Source: Gracilinanus agilis
Lineage: Eukaryota
Length of the DNA stretch: 64,000 nucleotides
Assembly: GCF_016433145.1 (NCBI RefSeq)
Contig: NC_058136.1
Location: 41,855,852 to 41,919,851, forward strand
Reading direction: 5' to 3'
The position numbers and the translations under genes were made by a program. Every line of letters begins with the position of its first letter. Position 1 is the first letter of the stretch. Of this stretch, positions 50,431 through 64,000 are shown in pieces. Below the pieces are notes generated by a model. That model ran no database searches and was not told where the DNA came from. It saw only the letters and a program-made list of their open reading frames with translations.

Positions 50431-52749
50431 TCACTGTGCCAATAGCAGACACTTAATAAATGTTAGCTATTATAACTATAACTATGTGGGATTGTTGCTT
50501 AAAGAACATACGAAGATAAAAGTATGACATAGTGGGAATAGATTGACATTTGAGGACCTATATTTGGATAGTAACTCTACCACTTCCTGACTCTGTGCCT
50601 GGAAGGAATATTAAACAAAGGCATAGCCCAATAGTGATTACAATATATTTATTTAGCAGGTAATAAAAAATTTAAAAACCCACTAAGGGTTGGACCTGGA
50701 AGCAACCTTACTTAATCATGCCCCCCCTTTCTTTTACAGATGAGGAAACTGAATAACAGAGCAGAGACTAGAACTTAAGTCATCCCCTGGTTAGTGTCTT
50801 TTTTAACTACAAATACCTCAGTTTTCTATTCTCCAGACAGAGAATATTTTAACCTAGGAGAACTTTAAAATTAAAAATAAAGTGAGTTTAACAAATGTAT
50901 GATGAACTGATGTCATCACTGATGTAGAGAATCCATAGTGGATAAAATAGGTTGTAAGTTAATGTGATCTTCGAAATGACTAGGTGGGCAAACTGCTGAA
51001 ACATTATTAAACCCATTTTATAGATGAGGAAACTGAGGCTGAGAGAGGCTAAATGATGTAGTCATGATCACTCAAGCTAATGAGTATTGAAAGTGGATTT
51101 CCAAGAAGTTTTCCTGACCCTAAATTCAGCAAGTAGGGAAACTGAGGCTGAAAAAGGTCAAATGACTTCCTAGAAAATATACAGTGGTAAGTAGCTAAAG
51201 TAGGAATGAATCCAAGTGAGGAAATGGGTTAAGAAAGGTTAAGCAACTTGCCACAAAGTCACAGAACTAGGAAAGGAATTAAAGTCCAAGTCTTCTTGAA
51301 CTCAGAATCTAGACCTCTACTACATGCTACACCACCCCTAAAATCAAATTGTATGGGAGAATCAAAGAGGATATAACAAAGAGCCCATTACATTAAAGAA
51401 GGACAGGATTCCTATACATTCATCTTGGCTCTGACCCCACAGTTCCCACATGGACATACCTGTGAATTACTGCAAAATGAATGAGAAGTAGACTTGCCAC
51501 CATGAATAGCATTGGCTGCACCAATGAGCCAATGCACCGGTGGGTGATTGCTTTGATTGTGGTCAGATGGCCTTATTAAAGTGACTGTCTTGATGAAGGG
51601 CCATAGTGCCCGGCAGCTAATATAGCATTCAGAGGCACTGCAAGGGCTGCACCGAAGTTACATAACAGTGAAATGGAAAGCCAAGTAAGCAAACATGAGG
51701 TGGGGGGGAAGGCACTTTTTGTCCATCTCAGAAATTATCTGTGCATCCTAAAACCAAAACTCAAGTCACTGATCTCCAGAACGATAGTTCAAAGAGTAAG
51801 AATAAGAATTTGCTCTTGTGATCCAATATATAGCCATCATTAGCTCAAATTCAAGAGCATAGATACATGCTTGATAATCTTCATTATTTTAAGCACCTCA
51901 GTAAAGAAGCCCCTTCAGTTTTGTGTTTCACTTGGCCCTCATCCTTAGCAGGAATTCCCTGCCTCACTTGTCAGGGCATTTTCATCACCACCCTCCTCTT
52001 GTGGATCATCTTGTGATACTACAGAATAAATGCTTATTAAGTAATTAATTAATTGACAAGCACTTATTAGGCACCAACTAAATTCAAGGAACTGTGCTAG
52101 ATGACAGAAAGGAGAAAGTCCTCAAGGAGCTTCCATTATCCTGAGGATTTTCTTGAAAAGGTTTGCCTGAGTCTTTTGGTGAGTCTGAAGGAGAGAACTC
52201 TCTGAATAGTTCAGTATAAATGTATTATTTCATAAATTTAACTGCTGGTTAGTATAATATAAAAGAAATCTCAGAAATAGGTTTGGGTTATTGTCTATCA
52301 GGGATTAAATGTGGCAGAACCTCATATAATTTTTTAGGACTCATTATGAAAGATTTCTAAAGGTAAATGCTTAACTTTCCATTTTGAACCTACCAAGCTG
52401 ATTTTTTTCTACCCAAGTATAAAACTTTTACCTCTAAATCTAAAAATGGCATAGTTTTCCCCAGTAGAATGGGAATTCTTGATGGCTTTGTCCTTGTCTT
52501 TGTATCCTCAACATTTAGTGTGGTGATTTGCACATAGTAGGTGGCTGTCCCACATTTTTGGAACTCACTTCCTCTTTCCTTTTGCTTGTCTATAAGTCAC
52601 TTTCTTCCTTGAAGACACAGTTCAGGCATTGTCTTCTACAAACAGTCTTTTCTGAACCCCTCAACTGCTGCTGCCCTCTCTCCCAAACTAGTCAGTCAAC
52701 CAATATTTAAGCTTTTACTATTTGCCAAGCACAGTGCTAAGTAGGTTTT

Positions 52750-52983
52750 TGGTCATTTCAGACTCTCTGTGGTCCCATTTAGGGCTTTCTTGGCAAAGAT
52801 CTTGGAGTGGTTTGCCATTTCCTTCTCCAGCTCATTTTACAGATGAGGAAAATGAGGCAAAAAGGGTTAAATGACTTGCCCAGGGTCACACAACTAGGAA
52901 GTATCTGAGGGTAGATTTGAACTCTGGAGTCTTCCTGACTGGAGGCTGGGCACTCTATCCACTGCAGTGCCACCTGGCTGCCT
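52750..52983 (-). mobile_element. MAR1-type CORE-SINE
   Basis: ggagtggtttgccatttccttctccagctcattttacagatgagg...gatttgaactc...ctatccactgc...gctgcc. Confidence 0.85.
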
Positions 52984-53599
52984 ACTGAAGATAGAAGAAA
53001 GACAAACGGGTGATTTCTGCTCTCAAGGAGCTCACAGTGTAGTAGTAGTGAAAGCCACAAGCAACTCCCAAACAGATTAGATGGAACATAATCTCAGAAG
53101 GAAGGCACTGGGAGCGAGAGCAAGCCAGAAAGCCCTCCTGCAAAAAGTGCTAACTGAACTGAGTCCTCGGGGAAGCCAGGGAGGTTAAGAGGGGGAGAAG
53201 AAGAAGCCGGGTGTGGGCACGGCCAGACTAATAGCACAGAGTCGGGAGATGTATGAGGAATTGAGGGGTCACAGAGTATGTGAAGCGAAGTGACCCGTAA
53301 GATTGGAAAGATATTTAAAGGTCTACATATGCCAAACAAAGGATTTTCGTTTTGGTCCTGGAGATAACAGGGAGCCACTAGATTTTATTGAGCAGAGGGG
53401 ATGACATGGTCAGACCTTTGCTTGAGGAAGGTCACTATAGCAAGCCGAGTGGAGGAAGGGCCGGAAGCAGGGTCATCTGAGGGAAAGAAGGCTATTGCAA
53501 TAGGCCAGATGAAGGGTGAAGAGAGCCTAAGGCAAGGTGACAGCAGCGAAACTGCCGAGAAGGGGATTTAAGAGCTGTAAACAAATTCAACACAAAAGG

Positions 53600-56500
53600 G
53601 GAAGATGGCGGAACTAGGCTGGAAATTCCTTGGAATGATCAGGAAATTCTCTCACAAATAATTTAGACTAATGCCTCAAAGTGAACTTGAAAGAGGCAGA
53701 GATCCCGAAAGGGTGGAATAAAGCAGCTGAGCAAACTAAGACAGCTTGGAATAGCTTTATAAGAAAAGCTCGCCTTTGTCCTGGTGCCCTGGACTGACTA
53801 CCTAAACTGTAGATCCCTCCGCGATGACCAAAAAACAAGTTCTGGGGGAGGGATTTTTGCCCCGTGGACCAGGTGAGTTGAGTAGCTGAAGAGGAAAGAT
53901 GTCACCCCACCAGCCCCCACCGCGGAGGGCTTACCAGACCCAGTCAGGCCGTGGCTTGGGTGAAGAGGTGTGACCACACCTATTAGCTGTATGGCACAGA
54001 GGCAAGCCTTGCAGACTGTCCTCAGTCCCAGGAGATCCATAGCTAGAAAGGAGGGAAGTAACAGTGTTTGAGGTGGGCTGGGGGCTCTGGTCCTGGCTGG
54101 GAGGGGAGGAGGCTCTGAGGGCACTCACAGACCGAGGCATGAGCCAGTGGAGCCTCAGGAACCACTCCTAGCCTTCGATCATAGCTCATTGGAAGGACCA
54201 AAAAGGCAAAGATCTCAGTAAATAGAGCTCAGAAAACAACAGCAGGAAAAGCCTGAGACACCTGGGGAGCAGGGGCCGACCTTTACATCAAGTCAACAGT
54301 CAAGAAATAGTCCATTAAAAAAACACTTGAGAAGAGAATGACAATGAAGAGACAACACATCAAAATTTATGGGAATCCAGCCAATGCAGTACTCTGGGGG
54401 AAATTTATATCCCGGGATGCTTATATCAATAAAATAGAGACAAAGCAGATCAATGAATTAAGCATGCAACTAAAAAAAAACTAGAAAAATAACAAATTAA
54501 AAATCTCCACTTAAAAACTAAATTGGAAATCCTAAAAATCAAAGGAGAAATTAATATAATTGAAAGTAAAGAACTATTGAACTAATAAATAAGACTAGGA
54601 GTTGTTTCTATAAAAAAAAAAAGAAATGAAATAGAAAAAGCATTGGTAAATTTGATTAACAAAAGGAAAGAAGAGAATCAAATTACCAGGATCAAAAATG
54701 AAAAGGGTGACTTCACCTCCAATGAAGAGGAAATTAAAGCAGTCATTAGGAGCTATTTTTGCCCAATCATATGACAATAAATCTGATAATCTAGGTGAAA
54801 TAGATGAATATTTACAAAAATATAAATTGCCCAGATTAACAAAAGAGGAAATAAAATACTTTAATAATCCCATCTCAGAAAAAGAAATTGAACAAGCTAT
54901 CAATGAACTCCCTAAGAAAAAATTCCCAGGGTCAGATGGATTCACAAGTGAATTCTATCAAATATTTAAAGAATAATTAATCCCAAAACTATACAAACTA
55001 TTTAGGAAAATAAGCAAAGAAGGAGTCCTACCAAATTCTTTTTATGACACAAATATGGTGCTGATACCTAAGCCAGGAAGACCAAAAACAGAAAAAAAAA
55101 TTACAGACAAATTTCCTTAATGAATGTCGATGCAAAAATCTTAAAATACTAGCAAAGAGACTACAGCAATATATCATAAGGATTATTAATTTACAGCATA
55201 ATTGACCATATCAATAATAAAAATAACAGTAATCACATAATTATCTTAATAGGTACAGAAAAAGCCTTTGACAAAATACAACACCCATTCCTATTAAAAA
55301 CAGTAGAAAGGGGGCAGCTGGGTAGCTCAGTGGATTGAGAGCCAGGCCTCGAGGCGGGAGGTCCTAGGTTCAAATTCGGCCTCAGACACTTCCCAGCTGT
55401 GTGACCCTGGGCAAGTCACTTGACCCCCATTGCCTACCCTTACCACTCTTCCACCTATAAGTCAATACACAGAAGTTAAGGGTTTAAAATTAAAAAAAAA
55501 AACAGTAGAAAGCATAGGAATAAATGGGTCTTTCCTTAAAATAATAAGTATTTATTTAAAACCATCAGCAAGTATCATCTGCAACAGAGAGAATTTAGAA
55601 GCCTTCCAATAAGATCAGAAGTAAAGTAAGAATGCCCATTATCACCACTATTATTTAATATTATTTATTTAATTAATTAAATTATTTAATAAATTAATTT
55701 TAACATTAGAAATGCTAGCTTTTGTAATTAGAGAAGAAAAAGAAATTGAAGGAATTAAAGTAGGCAATAACGAAACTAAATTATCACTCTTTACAAATGA
55801 TAGAGAATCCTAGAAAATCAACTAAAAAACTAGTTGAAATAATTAATAACTTTAGTAAAATTGTAGGATTTCTATATATTTCCAACAAAGCTCAGCAACA
55901 AGAATTAGAAAGAGAAACTACATTTAAAATCACTCTAGATAACATAAAATACTTGGGAATCTATTTGCCAAGACCAACGCAGGAATTATATGAACACAAT
56001 TACAAAACACTTTTCACACAAATGAAGTTAGATCCAAACAATTGGAAAAACATTAATTGCTCAAGGGTAGATTGAACTAATACAATAAAAATGACAATTC
56101 TACCTAAATTAATTTCCTTATTCAATGCCATACCTATCAAACTACCAAAAAAGCTATTTTATAGAACTAGAAAAAATAATAACAGAATTCATCTGGAAGA
56201 ACAAAAGGTCAAGAATATCAAGGGGACTAATGAAAAAAAAAATGTGAAGGATGGTGGCATAGTGGTACCAGATCTTAAACTAGTATGATATAAATGTTTA
56301 TATTATATATAAAATAAATTGTTTTATTTATGTATAAATAAAACAGTAATCATCAAAATAATCTGGTACTAACTAAGAAATAGAAGGGAATAGACTAGGG
56401 TAAATGACCTCAACAATCTAGTGTTTGATAAACCCATAGATCCCAACTTTGGGGATAGGAACTCACTATTTGGCAAAAACTGCTAGGGAAATTGGAAAAC

Positions 56501-57640
56501 AGTACGGCAAAAATTAGGTTTAGATCAATATCTCACATCATATACCAAGATAAAGTCAAAATAGGTATATGATTTAAACATAAAGAGTGATATAAATAAA
56601 TAAGATTTAAATAATTGGAGAAATATTAATTGTTCATAGATGGGCAAAGCCAATATAATAAAAATGGCAATTCCACCTAAACTAATCTACTTATTGAATG
56701 CCATTCCAATTAAATTATCAAAAATAAATTTTAATAAGCTAGAAAAAAGCAATAAAATTCATTTGTAAGAACAAAAGGTCAGGAATATCAAAGGAATTAA
56801 TGAAAAATGTAAAGGAAGGACTAGTAGAACAGATTTTAAAATATATTATAATGTGGTAATTATCAAAGCTGATCATAAGAAATAGAAACGTAAATCAGTG
56901 AAACAGAGTAGACATACAACACGTAGTAGTAAATGATTATGGTAACCTTGTGTTTGACAAATGTAAAGATTCAAGCTTTGGGAATAAAAATTGATTATTT
57001 GGTTTAAAAAAATTGTTGGGAAAACTGGAAATAGTCTATCAGAAAGTAGAGATAGAGATTTTTTAAAATGGGAAAGGATCTGTTTGTGCAAAAATATTTA
57101 TAGCTGTGCTTTTTGTGGTAGCAAAAAAATAAATTGGAAAATGAGGGGATGTCCCTTGAGGAATGGCTGAACAAATTGTGGTATGTGATGGTGATGGAGT
57201 ACTATTGTACTATAGGAATGATGAACTGCTTGATTTCTATAAGAACTGGAAAGACCCGCATGAACTGATGTGGAGTTAAATAAGCAGAACCAGGAGAACA
57301 TTGTACACAGAAAGTGAAATATTGTGGGACAATCAAATGTGATTGACTTTGCTACTAAAAGCAATGCAATGATCCAGGACAATTCTGAGGGACTTGTGAG
57401 AAAAAATGCTATCTACATCTAGAAAAAGAAATGTGGGAATAGAAATCCAGAAGACAACATATGATTTATCGCTTGTTTATATTGTTAATGATTTGGGGTC
57501 TTAGTTTTAAAAGATTACTCTATTGCAAAAATGAATAATATGGAAATGAATTTTGAGTGATAATACATATATAATCCAGTGAAATTGCTTGTCAACTCCA
57601 GGAGGCCAGTGGAAAGAGGTGAAGGAGACAATGAGAATCA
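53600..57640 (+). mobile_element. Older, rearranged L1: 5' UTR-like segment, degraded ORF2 and 3' UTR, inserted in an L2 remnant
   Basis: GGAAGATGGCGG start and GC-rich leader, then ORF2 homology ([54 protein letters not shown]) with many stops and frameshifts. Flanked by minus-strand L2 (~53000-53560 and ~57760-58350). Confidence 0.85.
55311..55497 (+). mobile_element. SINE1_Mdo-like SINE nested in L1 ORF2
   Basis: Full head with A and B boxes, A tail. Exact TSD AAAAACAGTAGAAAG. Confidence 0.93.
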
Positions 57641-59779
57641 CGTCACGTGGGGAAAAAAAAAAGTAGGGATAGACCAATATAGTCCATTCACCAAGAAAAG
57701 GTCATGGATACATGACCTAATATAAAGGGAGACATCATAAGCAAAAAAGAAAAAAAAACACATTAAGAGTGGACAATTAAGAAACTTTTGGCTACTTTAG
57801 AGAGAGCGTTTGGAAACTAGGTTGCAGAGTGCTTAGAATCAAGTGAGAGAAGTGGAGGTACAATGGTAGATGGCATTCTCAAGGATTCTAGCTCAGAAAG
57901 GAAAAATAGAGGAAGATAGTTGGCAAGAATGGTAGGGATAAAGTGAAGTGTTTGTCGTTGTTGGGTTTTGTTTTTGTTTTTAAGGATACAGGAGACATTG
58001 TCATGTCTTGTAGGCAGTATAGAATGATCCAGTAGATAGAATGAAGATTACAGAGAATGAAGATGATAAAGAATGCCAATCTATTGAAGACGACTGGATG
58101 GAACAGTATCAAGGCTTCATGCAATAGAGTTTTCCTTAACAAGAAGAGCCACTTCTAGAGGTGAGTGAAGGAGGAGAATGGGGGAAGAGGTTTGAATGAT
58201 GTGAGATGAAGAGAATGGAAGAAGAGGCAGCTTTCTATAATTAGATTCATTTTTTTTCAGGGAAAGAGCAACCAAGGTTCTTAGCTGAGAGTTGAGGAGG
58301 GATGAAAAGAACTGGAAATGCCATTGCATTGAGTGAGGTTATGAATCAGTTAGGGAGATAGAACTACCATATATTTACCTACTTTGCAGGTACCATATTT
58401 GTAATTTTTCATTTTGGTGTGTGCTGTATATATTTATAGCTGTACTTTTTGTCTTCCTTTTAGAGAGAAGAGATTGTTTCATTCTATGTACTTATAGCCT
58501 CAATGCATGGGTGCATAATGAATACTTGTTGATAGTTGAATTTAAGGAAATCATAACTCATTCTAATAAAAGAGAACAATGATAAAGATCATCCAATATG
58601 ACTTCTCTTTGGCTTTGTAATGCATTTTCGTACTTTGGAATATAGCTGTGTCTGATGTTGTGAGAGTTCAGAACACTTTCAACAAGCAAAGCTATGTTGC
58701 AAAGACTTGGAAGACCTAGAGTACTGTCTAATTTCCCAGCATGCCTTTGGCCTCAATTCAGAATTGGGGAACTGGATGGCATGACTTCTCAAATGGATAC
58801 AAAGCACCAGCCTAAGCTAAGCTATCCTGTCTCTAAAGTTGCTATTTGTGTGTTCCACATTGCCTCTGGGGATAACTGTTCTGATATAGGGCAGAACTGT
58901 AAACCACTTTTCCAAGTTGCTCAAATTCTGCAGATTCATAGCGAATAGAAAGTGTACAAGGTAAAGAGTGCCATCAACAGAACATAAAGCAAAGCAGAGC
59001 TCTTGACTGCCTTTTTTCCTATTCTAACTCAACCTATTTTTCAAGAACTAAAATATTTGCTTTGGATTAGCCACAAAGCTGTGGGATTTTGAACAAGTGA
59101 GAGTTGCCAGTATTGTTAAATCATGGGGTCACTAGTTATATACAAAATAATTTCCTACAGATGCAAAAATGATATACTTTTTAAAATGTCTTAGTTATTG
59201 AACTCAGGAAATTCAATCACCTTCAAGGTCTGTAGGCAGTAGATTTAGTCCCCAAAAGGCAATATGGGGCAGAGAATAGAGAATATACCTCGGAGTCAAG
59301 AAGCCAGAGTTCAAATCCTGCCTCTTGCCATCTACTAGCTATGAGGCCATAGGCAAGTCTCTTTGTCTCTCAGTGCCTTAAAGAATTGTCCAACACGGTG
59401 AGTTATAGACCATTAGCTGACCTTCATTAAGTGGAGGGAGTTTCTACACTGGGAGTTCCCAGGGTGGATAAAATCATAGTCTTAGACCCAAAAAAAAACC
59501 AACAAAAAGGTCTCACATGTAGTAAGAAAGCATATGAAGCCTACAGAAAACAACTGTTATAACATTTCCTACAATTATAAACGGGAGGAAATTGGCTGCT
59601 TCCCCTCTGCCTATAAACATATTCACATGTCCCCTTTCCTAAATAAATCTTCCCTATTAACCCCTTGAGTTATCCTTCCATCTGTCTCTTTACTTTCACT
59701 GCCAAATTTCTATAAGGGGTAGTTTATGCTTGCTACCTCTACTTCCTCATGAACTACTCACTCCCAACTCTTTGTGGGG

Positions 59780-60340
59780 TCTACAGCAGAGTGTCCCAGA
59801 GGTCAGTGCTTGACTCTGTGTTGTTTACCATTGTTATCAATGGCTCGCATGAAGGAAGAGATGGTATCTTTGTTAGATCAACAGATGACATGAATCTCAG
59901 AAGCCTAGCTAACATACTGGGGTGACAGAATCAGGATCCAAAAAGAACTTAATAGGGGGCAGCTGGGTAGCTCAGTGGATTGAGAGCCAGGCTTAGAGAC
60001 GGGAGGTCCTAGGTTCAAGTCTGGCCTCAAATACTTCCCAGCTGTGTGACCCTGGGCCAGTCACTTAACCCCATTGCCTAGCCCTTACCACTCTTTTGCC
60101 TTAGAACCAATACATATTATTGATTCTAAGGTGGAAGATAAGGCTTAAAAAAAGAGCTTACTAGGCAAGAATGTTGAGTTCACTCTAATAAGATAAGATT
60201 TATCTGGATAAAGTTAGAGTTTTAAATTTGGGTTCTAAAAATCAACTTTACAAGTATAAGATATGGCAGATATAGAGAGCCAGCAGTTAATAAGGATATC
60301 GGAGTAATTTTATTCAACCCATAGATGAATAAGAATTCCC
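59780..60340 (+). mobile_element. L3/CR1 RT remnant interrupted by a SINE
   Basis: Degenerate VPQGSVL..LF.I.IN..DEG..G......DD..L...AN.L.DRIRIQK motif. Confidence 0.75.
59956..60149 (+). mobile_element. SINE1_Mdo-like SINE nested in L3
   Basis: Full head and tail. TSD AAAAGAACTTAATAG / AAAAGAGCTTACTAG. Confidence 0.9.
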
Positions 60341-60869
60341 TCAATATATGATACCCAATAAGAACTCATCTGATCTATGCTTAAAGATGAGTTGCCATCA
60401 AGGGTGCCGTTGTTCTTTGCCTTCCTACTTTATACATATCTCAAACCTTCGAACTAGGGTGCTTCACTGTACACACAAATTGGATGGGATGGAGGACCAC
60501 CAGGCATTATCGCATGCCAGGCCTCTGCCTTCCTAATCTACTGCCTCCTGGACTTTTGATGTGCCCTACTTCTGCCCACCACACAGACATTGCCTGGCAC
60601 TGTCATCTAATCTACTGACTTAATTAACCTCAGGTCTCATGAGCCTTGTCATCTTTTCCCTTCTTCTCGGTCTCTCCCACACCCTTAGGACTGTGGGCCT
60701 TTCCATCTGCCCTGCAGCTGAACTTTATGTTCTGTATTGAGTCTCCCAAATAGAGTGTGAGCTCCTAAAGAGCAGAGACCACCTTATTTTTTTCTATTTG
60801 TATCCCCAGCACCTAACACAATGTTCAGCACAGACTAAGTGATTACTAAATGCTTTTTTATTCATTCAT

Positions 60870-61520
60870 CATATCTCCCCTAAGTCTTCTCTTCTCCAGC
60901 TCAAACGTATTCAAGTCATTCAGGTGACCCGCAAAATTCAATTATCTCAATAGTCTTCAACATCCTGTTTGTGCTTTTCTGGATACCTTCTAACTTATCA
61001 GTCAATAGTCTTCCTAAAATGCAGTGTCCAGAATGGAACACAGTGCTCTAGATGACAAGAGAAAGTTACAATAGGATTATAACTTCCTAAATCTTAGACA
61101 CTCTATCTTAATGCAAATTTGCTTTTGGGGGGTACCATATCAGGCTATTGACTCAGATGGAGAATGCAGCCCATTGAAATCCCTAGATCTTCTACAGGTG
61201 AACTGCTTATACTCTTGCACTTGATTTTTTGAATCCAAGTGTAATACTTTACATTTATCCTTATTAGATTTCTTCTTATAGGATTAGATCCAGAATTCTA
61301 GCCTGGCAAGACCTTTTGGGATTGTGGTTCTGTCATCCAATATGTAAGCTATTCCTTCTAGCTTTGTAATTTGCAATTCGATAAGCACCTTTATACAAGC
61401 TACTTATAAAACTGTTAAACAGCACAGGACCAGGCAGAGATACCTTGAAACACTTCTCTGAAGATTTCCTTTCAAATAAATGTTGAACCATTAATGACAA
61501 CTCCTGGTTTTACCATTCAG
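60870..61520 (-). mobile_element. L3/CR1 remnant (minus strand)
   Basis: Reverse CR1 RT 3' region (gtgtccagaatggaacacagtgctctagatg; catttatccttattagatttc; tctgtcatccaatatgtaagctattcc). Boundaries approximate. Confidence 0.65.
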
Positions 61521-61991
61521 CCAGTCCTGAAGTCACCTGATTTCACCCCTGCACTCTCTCTCAAATATGACCGCTCCTTTCTACTGCCACTGCAACCAGC
61601 CATATTGAAGTCCTCATTATCTGCCTCCTAGTTGAACTATGGCTCAGCTATCTTTAATCTTTCTTTTACCTAGGTTTCCTGCCTCCAGTCTCTCCTGGCT
61701 CTAATCCATCTTTCACACTGATACCACAGTGCTCTTCACAGGTCTGACCTTGTCATTCCCCTGCTGAAATGTCTTCTTTGGCTTCCCATTGCTTATCAAA
61801 ATAAACCCAAATTCCTTAGTCAGGCATTTGGAATCTTCTACAGTGGGCCTTCAACCTACTTTTATGACCTTATTACATCCAGGTAACCTTCACAACCTCT
61901 CTGTTTCAGCCCAATTGTACTCCTCCTGATTGTTTCTTAGTTTCATCCTACCTTCTCCCATCTTTAAATCCTTTCTCCCTACTTCCTATAA

Positions 61992-62176
61992 CAGTGATGG
62001 GCAAACTTTTTAAAGACGGGGCCAAAGGAAAGGAAATGCTCCTCTGTCAGTCTGTTTCTAAGGCAACTCTTTCCAAGTTTCATTTTATTGTATCCTACTC
62101 ATTGTATTCTTCAGATTAGGAAGAATGTCGTGGGGCCGATAGAACATTTCAGGGGGCTGTAGTTTGCCCATCACTG
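61992..62176. mobile_element. hAT MITE, family 3
   Basis: Perfect 16-bp TIRs CAGTGATGGGCAAACT / AGTTTGCCCATCACTG. Exact TSD TCCTATAA. 185 bp. Confidence 0.93.
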
Positions 62177-63961
62177 TCCTATAAGCATTTCCTTATTTTT
62201 CCAGGTCTGGCTCAGATACGGCTTCTCTCCATAAGGAAAAGCTCCTTCTCACTCTAATCATCACAAGTTCCATTTTTCTAATATATAACCACTCCATGGG
62301 AGAAGTGGGAATGTACCCATTTTATAGATGGAGTGAATGGAATTGGTAAATGTCTTGTTCTAATTTGTAATAATGCATTATGTTATGTCAGAAACATTTT
62401 TCTCACATACATTTGTCTTCAGATGATTCTAAAAGTGATAGCATTAGAGTTATTAGAATTATTTCTAAATATAAACTGATGAAATCAGCAAAGATGGTGG
62501 TAAGAAGAAGTCATACAGCTCCCTCTCACAACTATTCCAGCAGAGATTGAGAGTTCAGATAAGTTCATGGATGGTCTGTAATGAATTACTGAAGAGGTCA
62601 GAAGTGCATTTCTAGCCTTGGAGGTTGGTGGTGCACCTTTAATCTCATAGAGGGAAACCATTCTCATTCTCCCTAAATTCTGAGATTACTAGCCAAAGGT
62701 AATGGTCGAGTCTACAGCCCGAGTCACAGAGCTAACCTGGCCAATACAGGGATTGAATCATTGCCATGATGCCAATTTAGTACCACATTCAACCCACTGA
62801 CCTCATGTCATAGACATTCTAGTACTTTGGTCTGTGACTGTGATTTTACTGATGTGAGGAAAACTCCCAGTGTGCAATCCTCCTCTCTTGACGCTAATCA
62901 GTAATTCAACCATGATTTATAGTGTTAGACAGTAGCCCTGAAAATGAACACAGAGTCATGACTTGAACCCAGGTCTTTCCAACTCCAAGGCTATTGCCTC
63001 TCTTTATTAGGCAACTTCACCTCTCTCTAGTGGCTTATAAACCAAAGAAGAATGCCATTTGGACTATTGAATTTCCTTTCTCTTATGACCTTCAAAAAGA
63101 TCACATGCTGTAACAGAAAGAGCAATGGCCACAATTAGAACATCTGGCCTGGGCATCCCCTTGTTAGTTATACAACCCTGGGCAAGTCCCTTATTCTCTC
63201 AGAGCCTCTGTTTCCTCATCTATAAAATGATGATGACACTGGTCCTGCCTACCCTCAATAGTTGTTATAGCACTCGAATGAGACAATGTGGAGGAAAGTG
63301 TTTTGGAAACTGTAGCTGCCTTTCATATAAAAGGAACAACTGAAAAGGCAACATGGCTGTTATTGGGGCATGTGGGGAAACACCCCCTCCATACCTTATT
63401 GTGAATTCCAGATTCCCTGAGAAAGTAAGATTTTAAATCTAAAAACAGAACTGGCAGATAAAAGTCTAATTTGAACAAGACTATCTCTAGCACTGTGATC
63501 CTAGTAGAGGTAAAATTCAGTGGCACAAGACGTGTTAATAGAACACAGCCCACAATGGAAGAAACTAGATTAAAAAAAAAAGGAATAAAATAAATCCAAT
63601 ACTCTTAAATGCAAACATACTTCTCAAGTAGCCTTAAAGCTGAAATAGCTTTCCCTTTGCGAAAGGTTATAAATATTCCAGCTCTAACATATTTTGTTGT
63701 GTAAAATTCAGATTCTCTGAGTTCCTGTTACTTACCATTCTAAAATGCTCCATTTCTTGGCAGCAGTCATTAGCCACTAGATCAGAAATGTGTCTTAAGT
63801 ACAAAATGATTATTCATATTTCCTATTGTATGGCAGTGTCTCGGAGGCAGAATTGTTTCTAAGCACCTTTCCACAGTCTTTCAAAAAGTAAAAATAGAAA
63901 GGACGACAACAACATAAATAATTTTGGGGAAAATGTCACAAACCTTTATAGAATGTCCTGC

Positions 63962-63965
<4 letters not shown>

Positions 63966-64000
<35 letters not shown>
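63966..64000 (+). repeat. (TC)n microsatellite
   Basis: Tandem TC to the window end. Confidence 0.95.

Overview
Mammalian, non-bacterial DNA. The SINE/LINE content (SINE1_Mdo-like tRNA-headed SINEs, MAR1/MIR CORE-SINEs, marsupial L1, L2, L3/CR1) points to a marsupial, most likely a didelphid opossum. The window holds the 5' end of the choroideremia gene CHM (Rab escort protein 1) on the minus strand. Its CpG-rich promoter is at ~49.8 kb and coding exons 1-4 are at 49764-49812, 25135-25201, 7628-7700 and 5729-5850, all with GT-AG boundaries and in continuous frame; exon 5 lies left of the window. Most of the rest is intronic or upstream repeat DNA: a young L1 with both ends and a 17-bp TSD but a gapped interior, older L1/L2/L3 remnants, young SINEs, and six hAT MITEs from three families, five with exact 8-bp TSDs. 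There are four N gaps. The most intriguing signal is a ~1.1 kb non-repeat stretch in CHM intron 1 (26726-27830, + strand, antisense to CHM). It reads as a decayed ~368-codon frame whose motifs appear colinear with bornavirus nucleoprotein, i.e. a candidate EBLN-type endogenous viral element. That match was made by eye against a remembered sequence and needs a real search. Repeat boundaries not anchored by TSDs are approximate.
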